Positions 26,058 to 33,344 of a stretch of 44,632 nucleotides of DNA are shown here, in pieces. Origin of the DNA: a virus; UHGV virus genome UHGV-0179607; one strand, 5' to 3'. The translations under genes were made by a program, and so were the position numbers. The notes beneath the pieces are model-generated. The model was not told where the DNA came from. It saw nothing but the letters and a program-made list of their open reading frames with translations, and ran no database searches. The first letter of the stretch is position 1, and each line of letters begins with the position of its first letter.

Positions 26058-28322
26058 ATGAGCTTAATTAAATTCGCTGTTACAAGACCCGCTAAAAAAG
26101 GCGAAAAAGCCAGGGCGGAAAACTTCCAGATGACCACCGATGAATTTTTCGAATTTATCAAAGATGCGAAAGAAATCTCCTCGGTGCATATCAACAAGAC
26201 GGAAGATAAAGCCGAGTATGCGCGCCGCAAGCGTAAGGCCGACGGCATCGTGGCGTATACCAGTGACGGATTGCGTCGTAAGACCAGTGCGGTGGACCGC
26301 TCGATCCTGTTCTTCGATATTGACCGTACCGACACCCGCACCCTACGCCGCTGCCGTAAGGCGTTCATTGACGCGGGGCTGGAACACGTATTTCACACCA
26401 CAACCGGCGACCGTCACCCACTGAAAGGCGGCACGCGTTGCGCTCGATTCCTGGTGCTCACTGACAAGCCTGTACCGGCTGAAGACCTGGGCCGCGTCCA
26501 GTATGCACTATTACACCAACTGGGTCTGTCAGATGTGGACTTCGACGATTGCACGAAAGACACAAACCGCCTGATGTACCTGCCACACCAGCAGTCTGTT
26601 ATTAAGTGCCACTACGGCAAGCGCGCCCGCGTCCGTCGTCTGCTTCGCCTGGCGGATAAGTTGGGCGCGGAAAAAGAGGAAGTACGCCGCGAGCTTACCC
26701 AGGGCGACGACGCAGTGGCAGACGGCATTCTGGACTGGTGCTTCCAGGCAGGATTCGAGGAGTTATCTTCCGGGCGGGGCTATGAAGTGCCGTGCCCTAA
26801 CGAACATCTACACAGCGGCGAAGGGTCCACCGCTATTATGGTTAAGGACGGCGAGATCCGTTTCAAGTGCATGCACACAGGCAACGAGTGTTGCTCGGAA
26901 CTGAATAGACACCAGCACCTGGCGCTGCGTCTTATCGGGATCCCGGACCACCTGAACGTCGAGCCACACAATATGTCCCGTAAGCAAATCGCCGCCATCC
27001 TTCCGGGGCTGGACGACGAGGAAGTCGAATCCTTATATGAACATATTGTTGATGCGGTTGGCGACGGCGAAGAATACGGCGTGTGCACCGATGCGGATCT
27101 GGATAACGAGCCGGTTGCGCTGTTCAGTAAGCACGACCCGATTATCGAGGGGTTGATTAACTTTAAATCGACCTGGTACATGGCGGGTGAGTCGAATATA
27201 GGTAAGTCTTTCTACGTGCTGGGCCAGATGGGCGCGGTTGCTGCCGGTATTCCGTTTGGCGGTGCGAAGGTCGTCCAGTCTCATTGCTTCTATTTCGACG
27301 CGGAAGGTGGCGAAGCCTCTAACCAGCGTAAAGAAGCATTGCAGATTAAATATGAGCACGACCTGGACAAGCTGCACATTATCGATCTGCAGTCACGCGG
27401 CTGGGATATCACCAGCAAATCGGGCTTGCGCGAAGTTATCAGCTTTATCAACCGCACCGCTAACGGCGAACCGGTTGGCCTGGTGGCGTTCGACTCACTC
27501 AACCAGACTGTTGCGTTGCGGTCCGCTGATGCTAAACCGTTCGACGAGAACAACGCCAGCGATATGGGTGAAGTGGTCAAAGCGCTGAAGGCCATCGCGG
27601 AAAATACAGGTGGTAGTGCGGGCGTCATCCACCACCCGGCTAAAGGTGCAAACGGCAGCAGAACGCCACGCGGGTCCGGCGCGCTGCATGGTGCTGTCGA
27701 TTCTGCGTTCTTCCTGGAACAGCCGGACGACAACCAGCCCGGACAATTGAACCTGTATCACGAAAAGTCACGTAACGGCATCAAGCAAGCGCCGCGCGGC
27801 TTCGTCCTGCTCAAGTGCAAGGTGAAGGTGGATCTCCGCAAGTCAGAAGCGTTCGAGGCGCACCAGTCCACCAGCACCGGGCCAGACTTCGGCGACGTGG
27901 TTGCCGGATGGGACGTCAAGCCGATTGCCTCCACGCCACGCGACGAGACTCTCTACCTCGTACCGGTTGCCCTGGCACCTTTCGCTATTGAACAGGCGAA
28001 GGCGGCGGGCAAGGCCGCGGTTAAGGAAGAGAACACCGCCGGACCGCGCAACGAAAAAGAGAAAGTGCTTTATGCGGCACTGGAAAAACTGATGGAAGAT
28101 AACCCGGACCATACTGGATTCAGTAAATCGGCAATCGTCCGCCAGGCGGGACTCGCAAAAGGGGGCACTTCGACGAAGGCAATCGACGATATGGTGGAGC
28201 GCGGGGTAATAGGTTTTTATACAGATCCGCACACCGGGGCCATCTATGGGTCTTCTAATTTGGTCATCAAATCGGATATCCCTATCACGCTTTCCGCGAC
28301 CGATGACGATTTAAAAGATTAA
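26058..28322 (+). CDS. primase-polymerase (AEP-like) / P-loop replicative helicase fusion protein
   Basis: N-terminal ILFFDIDRTD resembles the AEP/prim-pol DxD motif; central Cys/His cluster (CPNEHLHSG...CMHTGNECC); P-loop MAGESNIGKSF of RecA/DnaB-like (AAA_25-type) helicases; 754 aa. Confidence 0.55.
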   Translation: MSLIKFAVTRPAKKGEKARAENFQMTTDEFFEFIKDAKEISSVHINKTEDKAEYARRKRKADGIVAYTSDGLRRKTSAVDRSILFFDIDRTDTRTLRRCRKAFIDAGLEHVFHTTTGDRHPLKGGTRCARFLVLTDKPVPAEDLGRVQYALLHQLGLSDVDFDDCTKDTNRLMYLPHQQSVIKCHYGKRARVRRLLRLADKLGAEKEEVRRELTQGDDAVADGILDWCFQAGFEELSSGRGYEVPCPNEHLHSGEGSTAIMVKDGEIRFKCMHTGNECCSELNRHQHLALRLIGIPDHLNVEPHNMSRKQIAAILPGLDDEEVESLYEHIVDAVGDGEEYGVCTDADLDNEPVALFSKHDPIIEGLINFKSTWYMAGESNIGKSFYVLGQMGAVAAGIPFGGAKVVQSHCFYFDAEGGEASNQRKEALQIKYEHDLDKLHIIDLQSRGWDITSKSGLREVISFINRTANGEPVGLVAFDSLNQTVALRSADAKPFDENNASDMGEVVKALKAIAENTGGSAGVIHHPAKGANGSRTPRGSGALHGAVDSAFFLEQPDDNQPGQLNLYHEKSRNGIKQAPRGFVLLKCKVKVDLRKSEAFEAHQSTSTGPDFGDVVAGWDVKPIASTPRDETLYLVPVALAPFAIEQAKAAGKAAVKEENTAGPRNEKEKVLYAALEKLMEDNPDHTGFSKSAIVRQAGLAKGGTSTKAIDDMVERGVIGFYTDPHTGAIYGSSNLVIKSDIPITLSATDDDLKD

Positions 28323-28397
28323 ATTCTGCGCGCATTGGTTGCCGATATGGGAATTCCCATATCGGTAGATGATTAAATTCTGCGCGCATTGGTTGCC
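28317..28397. repeat. 27-bp perfect direct repeat flanking a 24-bp perfect palindrome
   Basis: GATTAAATTCTGCGCGCATTGGTTGCC at 28317-28343 and 28371-28397; between them CCGATATGGGAATTCCCATATCGG (28342-28365); copy 1 contains the primase stop codon. Confidence 0.7.
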
Positions 28398-28482
28398 ATT
28401 TTGCGTGCTTTTAGTCGGTCGTATTGGTTGCCGTGTAGTGTAAATATAGTGAATAGTTATGCAATAAAACTGCATAAAGTAA

Positions 28483-28639
28483 GCGGGACAAAAAGCGGGA
28501 CAGACCAGGGGCGGGACAAAGCGGGACAGCACCCCTGTCCCGCCCCGGATGACGCGGCCTGGCGAGGAGCGGGACAGCGGGACAGCACCCCAGTCTTTCA
28601 GACTAGACGGGGGGTCTGGCACCCCCCTCGTCTGAGACT
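28483..28639. repeat. iteron array (GCGGGACA x6-7, one inverted) plus ~48-bp conserved-stem hairpin; copy 1 of a duplicated element
   Basis: GCGGGACA at 28483, 28495, 28511, 28521, 28569, 28578 and inverted at 28536; large imperfect inverted repeat 28591-28640; same architecture at the window ends. Confidence 0.7.
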
Positions 28640-28799
28640 GCATAAAATCCAGGATTGCATAATACACGGCAACAAGATGCGAATTGCGGTCGTCGATGAA
28701 CTAGGCAACCAATGCGAGTTGCAGAATGGTGGGTGAAAAATGCAGTTTGCAGTTGCAGCAGATAGCGATCAACTTTTTCATACGCGTGATTAATATTGG

Positions 28800-28828
28800 T
28801 TGCACCCACTCCAGCACCCTGCTATATT
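28800..28828 (+). promoter_or_regulatory. sigma70-like promoter with conserved leader
   Basis: TTGCAC - 17 bp - TATATT followed by GGTTGCACACCAACA; the 22-mer 28822-28843 recurs inverted at 38936-38957. Confidence 0.4.
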
Positions 28829-28858
28829 GGTTGCACACCAACATGAGGACTGAACAAA

Positions 28859-29335
28859 ATGAAATTTCCAGTAATCATCAAAGACGGTAAATCAACTATC
28901 ACTTTCACCGGCAACGACCACGGCACTTACGAGAGCGGCGCGGCTTGCATGTCCACCCTGGAAGATATGATGATTCGTGTTAATTCCGGTAAAGCCTCAA
29001 TTATTACCCCCCTCGCGGAGAGTACCAAAATGAAAGCATTAATCTGGAATTACACAATGGCGGTGGCGAAGCTGTATGAAGCGAAGCACACAGACGGCAA
29101 CGCAGACGACGCGCGCCAGGTTGTCATCCTGGCCCAGCAGGGAATCAGGCACGCGTTCGACGATATGTTTGCCAGCCTGGACGAACTGGAACCGCTGCGC
29201 GTGGCAATCTGCGAATATGCGATGGCTTTTGCCCGCGAGCGCCTGGCGTATCGCTTCGGGATCGGCGAGACGGCAGTGACAAACGTCGCCCGGATTAAAG
29301 CCCAGCGCGAGCTATTCGACCAGCTTGCGAAATAA
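28859..29335 (+). CDS. hypothetical protein
   Basis: 158 aa; GAGGA SD; no motif recognised. Confidence 0.45.
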   Translation: MKFPVIIKDGKSTITFTGNDHGTYESGAACMSTLEDMMIRVNSGKASIITPLAESTKMKALIWNYTMAVAKLYEAKHTDGNADDARQVVILAQQGIRHAFDDMFASLDELEPLRVAICEYAMAFARERLAYRFGIGETAVTNVARIKAQRELFDQLAK

Positions 29336-29344
29336 GGGGCCAAA

Positions 29345-29614
29345 ATGGACCGCAGACGCGCGAAACAGCTTTCGTGGCATATCCCATTGCATTGCATACG
29401 AATATGGGCTAAGAATGCGAATGAGGGCGATTCTGTGTTCTGGTGCTACCGCGACGATGTGAGGCCATTAACGCAGACTCGGTACTTGCACCAGTTCGCA
29501 GCAAAGCACGGATTCTATGTGCGGACTTCCTTGCAACCAATGGGTGTTCGTATTACATTACGCCGGAAGCCTGCCATTGAGCGGGCAGGAAAACACTGGA
29601 GACTGAGCAAATGA
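29345..29614 (+). CDS. hypothetical protein
   Basis: 89 aa, basic; ATG 9 nt after the upstream stop. Confidence 0.4.
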   Translation: MDRRRAKQLSWHIPLHCIRIWAKNANEGDSVFWCYRDDVRPLTQTRYLHQFAAKHGFYVRTSLQPMGVRITLRRKPAIERAGKHWRLSK

Positions 29615-29775
29615 ACAAGCAACCTGAACGCTGGCGGAGTAAGGCCACGCGACTGACTTACTTCGTGACAGAAGAAGCAAACGGCAACGTGACTATTTCA
29701 CACCCTAAGTGTGGTACTCGCCGCACTATCTCGCGCCTCACATTAGTTCGTAACTACAGGAGATTGACAGAATGA
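29611..29775 (+). CDS. small hypothetical protein (not in ORF track)
   Basis: 54-aa ORF MNKQPERWRSKATRL... with ATGA overlaps at both ends. Confidence 0.3.
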   Translation: MNKQPERWRSKATRLTYFVTEEANGNVTISHPKCGTRRTISRLTLVRNYRRLTE

Positions 29776-30311
29776 AAATGATATTCCGCAATAAGCATAA
29801 TGGGAGATTCCTTACCCCGATTGAAGTGCTGCCGAACTATGTTCGCATGTACCATGAAGCCAGCGACCGCGTATTCTGGTACAAGAAAGCCACCCTGCAT
29901 GAGCATTTGCAGGTAGTGCACCATGACGTCCGCGTAGGTGATGTGCTGCGTGATGTGCGTGACGGGTCGCTGTTAGAGGTGCTCCGCGTGAGCACGGACG
30001 GCGTTATGCTGCGCAGTGGTAAAACACAACGCGGCGTTCTGCTCACGGGCCTGGTGAATTACGCCCGCATAGGCCGTAACTATAAACTTAAGCGCCCTGG
30101 TGTAGTGGCGAAAGAGATCACCCGTACGGAACACCCATATACCAAATACGACGAGCGCAAGGTGCGCGAGCATATCGACAACGCCAGGGCGCAAGCTGCC
30201 GCCATGATTCAGGCTGGCAACGATGCCAAACGATTTGGGATTGGTGTTATTCTGGTCTACCCCGACGGCAGCATGAAGTCTACCGATCCGCGCGGGGTCA
30301 TTCAGAAATGA
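29772..30311 (+). CDS. hypothetical protein
   Basis: 179 aa; translationally coupled to neighbours. Confidence 0.45.
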   Translation: MKMIFRNKHNGRFLTPIEVLPNYVRMYHEASDRVFWYKKATLHEHLQVVHHDVRVGDVLRDVRDGSLLEVLRVSTDGVMLRSGKTQRGVLLTGLVNYARIGRNYKLKRPGVVAKEITRTEHPYTKYDERKVREHIDNARAQAAAMIQAGNDAKRFGIGVILVYPDGSMKSTDPRGVIQK

Positions 30312-30432
30312 GTGCGACGATCCGGGATATGCTTCAGCATAACCGCTTTGAGATAGGCGGTCGGGTATTTCGCAATTACTTCGTGGCGCGTGCATGGGCG
30401 CGCCATATTGGAAAACCGGAAGGGGCAATTCG

Positions 30433-30720
30433 ATGCTACACGATTTGATATATTGGTTTGGGTTGGGGTGCGCGACACTCTTTGCTATGGTGCTGGCGCT
30501 GTTGGTGTGGGTCTTCCTGATTTGGCCCGCTGTGGAAGCTGCCAGCATTACCCGCATGACGTTCCAGATATACAAGCGCCGTGGAATCACGGAGCACCCG
30601 ACCAGGTTGCGCATGTGGTGGCTGTGGTATCGCGATATGATAGGGGGCCGGATGTTCGAGGCCGTCCGATCGGACGGGTGGGAGTGGAAAGGCGTCGGCA
30701 AGTGGTCCATTTTCGATTAA
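30433..30720 (+). CDS. small membrane protein (hypothetical)
   Basis: 95 aa from ATG 30433; hydrophobic stretch LIYWFGLGCATLFAMVLALLVWVFLIWPAV; a 46-aa ORF (30308-30448) overlaps its start. Confidence 0.35.
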   Translation: MLHDLIYWFGLGCATLFAMVLALLVWVFLIWPAVEAASITRMTFQIYKRRGITEHPTRLRMWWLWYRDMIGGRMFEAVRSDGWEWKGVGKWSIFD

Positions 30721-30738
30721 TTATGCAAGCGTGATATA

Positions 30739-30772
30739 GTCCCAGTGAGATAAAACTTACTGGGACTTTTTT
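30739..30772 (+). terminator. rho-independent terminator/attenuator abutting the holin start codon
   Basis: Stem GTCCCAGT / ACTGGGAC (loop 12 nt) followed by TTTTTT ending immediately before ATG 30773. Confidence 0.5.
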
Positions 30773-31063
30773 ATGGATAAGCTAAACGAGTGGTTATTCG
30801 CCCTTGCGTGTCTTGCTGGTGGCTTCGTAGGCGCACGCATTCATGGCGAGGCAACGAAAGGGCCGTTGAACTTCGTTTTATATATCGTGGTTGGCTTCCT
30901 GTGTGCCATATTTGGTGCGCCAGCTATTGCGGAGTGGTCTGGTTTGTCGGGTGAGCGTACTGTCGCCGGATTGGGCTTCGTAACTGCCATCTTCTGGATG
31001 CCAATAGCTGACCGGATCCGGGAGACAATTGCGACGCTACACCTTCCGGGGGGCGCAAAATGA
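30773..31063 (+). CDS. holin-like membrane protein
   Basis: 96 aa with three hydrophobic segments; immediately upstream of the endolysin gene. Confidence 0.5.
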   Translation: MDKLNEWLFALACLAGGFVGARIHGEATKGPLNFVLYIVVGFLCAIFGAPAIAEWSGLSGERTVAGLGFVTAIFWMPIADRIRETIATLHLPGGAK

Positions 31064-31305
31064 TTATCACCGTCCTGTTGTTTGTTATCATAGGGGCTTC
31101 GTCCCTGTTTAACGTGTATGCGCCGTCCGTCCAGGACGGCATCTTAGGCCGGGTGTTGTATCTGTTAACGGCAATGGTCTGTATTATCGGATTGTTGCAA
31201 ACAGGAGACGTATCAGATACCACCTGGACCGCGTTAATCTGGCTGTTTGCATTGCGCACCCTGCGTAATGCTGTTTTGAATGGGGTAAAACATGCGATTC
31301 AGTGA
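31060..31305 (+). CDS. second holin/antiholin-like membrane protein
   Basis: 81 aa, hydrophobic segments; ATGA overlap with the preceding gene; directly upstream of the endolysin. Confidence 0.4.
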   Translation: MIITVLLFVIIGASSLFNVYAPSVQDGILGRVLYLLTAMVCIIGLLQTGDVSDTTWTALIWLFALRTLRNAVLNGVKHAIQ

Positions 31306-31783
31306 CAACGGTCTACGATTTACGGCAGCCTGGGAGGCATTCAGCCCAGTGCCGTATTTCGCGACCAAGAAAGAGCAGGCCCGCGGCCTGTACACCTGGG
31401 GCTATGGTCACACCGGCACTAATCCGCCACGAAGCATTACCCGTGCGGAAGCGCTGGAACTGCTCAAGCGAGATGTGGCGTATGCCGAGGACTGGGTGAA
31501 CAAATACGCACATCCGAGCATTAACCAGGCGCAATTCGACGCGCTGGTGGATCTGGTAATCAACGCCGGTCCTGGTCCGATCGTGCCGGATGACGTCGCG
31601 AACGATTTCGATGATGCGGTGCGACTGGGCGACTGGGCGAAGGTCCGTGCTATTCTGCCGCAGTTCCGCAAGCAAGGCGGATCGGTGCTCTTAGGTCTGG
31701 TCCGTCGCGCAATCGGCAGGCAAGCACTATTCGATGGTAAGCAGTGGGACGTTGCCGAGAAAATCGGGCGTAACGCAGCATAA
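31292..31783 (+). CDS. endolysin, GH24 lysozyme (T4 lysozyme-like)
   Basis: WEAF...GLYTWGYGHT and ITRAEALELLKRDV...QFDALVDLVINAG align with the catalytic Glu/Asp/Thr region of T4-type lysozymes; no N-terminal signal-anchor. Confidence 0.8.
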   Translation: MRFSDNGLRFTAAWEAFSPVPYFATKKEQARGLYTWGYGHTGTNPPRSITRAEALELLKRDVAYAEDWVNKYAHPSINQAQFDALVDLVINAGPGPIVPDDVANDFDDAVRLGDWAKVRAILPQFRKQGGSVLLGLVRRAIGRQALFDGKQWDVAEKIGRNAA

Positions 31784-31798
31784 TACGAGGAACACAGT

Positions 31799-32212
31799 AT
31801 GTTAAAAAGCATTCTTGATCATAACGCCGACGCACTTGCTGCACTGGCTAAAACCGAAGACCCTGGCGCACGCGCTATCATCGCGGACACTATCAGCCAT
31901 GCAGGCGTCTTTGACGCGAAGCTGCCGAGTGTGCCGGAAAGAAAGCCCGTGGCAAGTGCGACCGTAACCATCACCCCAGTGTCAGCCGCAGTTGGTGCGA
32001 AGGCCACCGCTTCTGTTGCCGTCCTGCCATCTGACGCAACTAACAAGGCCGGGAAGTGGGTGTCCGCAAACCCTGACTGCGCGGCAGTCAACCAGACTAC
32101 CGGCGAAATCACAGCAAAATCGGAGGGTGGCGTCCACATCTTTTGGGTGGCATCCGATGGAGGCGGGGCGATGGCGTCCGCCATCTTCACCGTAACGGGA
32201 GCAGGAAAATAA
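31799..32212 (+). CDS. Ig-like (Big_2-type) domain protein
   Basis: 137 aa; C-terminal ATVTITP...LPSDATNK...VNQTTGEITA...VTG resembles bacterial Ig-like group 2 domains; followed by a terminator. Confidence 0.45.
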   Translation: MLKSILDHNADALAALAKTEDPGARAIIADTISHAGVFDAKLPSVPERKPVASATVTITPVSAAVGAKATASVAVLPSDATNKAGKWVSANPDCAAVNQTTGEITAKSEGGVHIFWVASDGGGAMASAIFTVTGAGK

Positions 32213-32219
32213 AACCACA

Positions 32220-32244
32220 AGCCCGGTTAATTCCGGGCTTTTTA
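32220..32244 (+). terminator. rho-independent terminator
   Basis: Stem AGCCCGG / CCGGGCT, loop TTAATT, followed by TTTTT. Confidence 0.6.
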
Positions 32245-32307
32245 TTGCTTGACTTGCAACCAACTATCAGACCATACTGCTACCAATCGACGAGAGGAGT
32301 ATTACAC

Positions 32308-32394
32308 TATGGCACGTAATGATATTTTGGTGTTGGCAATATGGTCCACTGCGGCATTCATTGGTATGGTTATTTGTGAGGTGATAAATGGCTG
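32308..32394 (+). CDS. 28-aa hydrophobic peptide (not in ORF track)
   Basis: MARNDILVLAIWSTAAFIGMVICEVING; strong GAGGAG SD; preceded by promoter-like TTGACT-18-CATACT carrying TGCAACCAA; a 24-aa ORF follows at 32386-32460. Confidence 0.3.
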
Positions 32395-32463
32395 AGTTAA
32401 TCCGCCTTATGGCGCGAGATGAACACGTAAAAGTCACATTCTACGATGGTGGGAAGTGTTGAG

Positions 32464-32676
32464 ATGATTAGACAAGTATTCATGAGCACGCAGGCCACAC
32501 GCCTGAAAGAGCTACGCAAACAACTCGAAGGCTTGCGCCGATTCGAACGAACGGCAACGGCAATAGGCATGTCTATCAGCGAACGGATTGAGATACTATC
32601 GCAAATACGCTACACAGAAGGCGCGATAAGAGAAGTACAAAGCATGTTAGCCCGATACTACGGGCGCGACGTTTAA
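32464..32676 (+). CDS. hypothetical protein
   Basis: 70 aa from ATG 32464 (MIRQVFMSTQ...); helical, charged. Confidence 0.35.
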   Translation: MIRQVFMSTQATRLKELRKQLEGLRRFERTATAIGMSISERIEILSQIRYTEGAIREVQSMLARYYGRDV

Positions 32677-32771
32677 CCGCACAGCCTGCCGATTTGGTGG
32701 GCTTTTTTGTGCCTGTTATAATCCCCCTTAGATGGCAGGGCCGTCTCCTATGTTGCCGATGGTCGGCGCAT

Positions 32772-33344
32772 ATGAACAAAAGGGCTTATATCATGGCAGA
32801 AATCAAAGTTAAGGGCCGACGCGCCAAACTGGACGGTAGAGTGGCAGTTACCCCGCGCCGTAAACCAGGCGAGCAAACAGAACATACCAATCTCGGACCT
32901 GAAATCGAGTACGGAAAGCGCCGCAAAGGCGGTAAATGTGGACGCCCTACGGACTACCGATCCGTTTACTGCGACCAGCTTCGCCGCTATTTTGCCGACG
33001 CAGACGCCTGGCAGGTCAACTACTCCGATAAAGGCGCTGCGCAAGTAATCCCTCGCAACAAAATGCCAACCTTCGGTCGATTTGCCGCGGAAATCGGTGT
33101 GGGCGTAGCTTGCCTGTATCGCTGGGCGCGCGCACATGAGGAGTTTGCCGAGGCGATGGCGGACGCAATGGAGTTGCAGAAAACTTTCCTGATGGAAGCT
33201 GGTGGCGTGACCATCGCGGCGGGCTTCGCGACCTTCCTGCTTAAAGCAAACCACGGCGTCCGCGACGATGTGCCGCTGGATGACGACGAAGATGATAACG
33301 GCGACGTCGTTGTCGAACCTACCGGCAAAGGCCAGGGCGAATAA
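32772..33344 (+). CDS. terminase small subunit
   Basis: Directly upstream of and overlapping the large terminase gene (TAATG); basic N-terminus, putative HTH PTFGRFAAEIGVGVACLYRWARAHEEF, acidic C-terminus; start could also be ATG 32793. Confidence 0.6.
   Translation: MNKRAYIMAEIKVKGRRAKLDGRVAVTPRRKPGEQTEHTNLGPEIEYGKRRKGGKCGRPTDYRSVYCDQLRRYFADADAWQVNYSDKGAAQVIPRNKMPTFGRFAAEIGVGVACLYRWARAHEEFAEAMADAMELQKTFLMEAGGVTIAAGFATFLLKANHGVRDDVPLDDDEDDNGDVVVEPTGKGQGE

Noticed and set aside
28483-28590. Possible CRISPR array suggested by repeated GCGGGACAG units
   Set aside because: Units are only 8-9 bp, irregularly spaced (0-8 bp apart), one is inverted, and there are no spacer-like unique segments of uniform length. 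This is an iteron-type array, not CRISPR.
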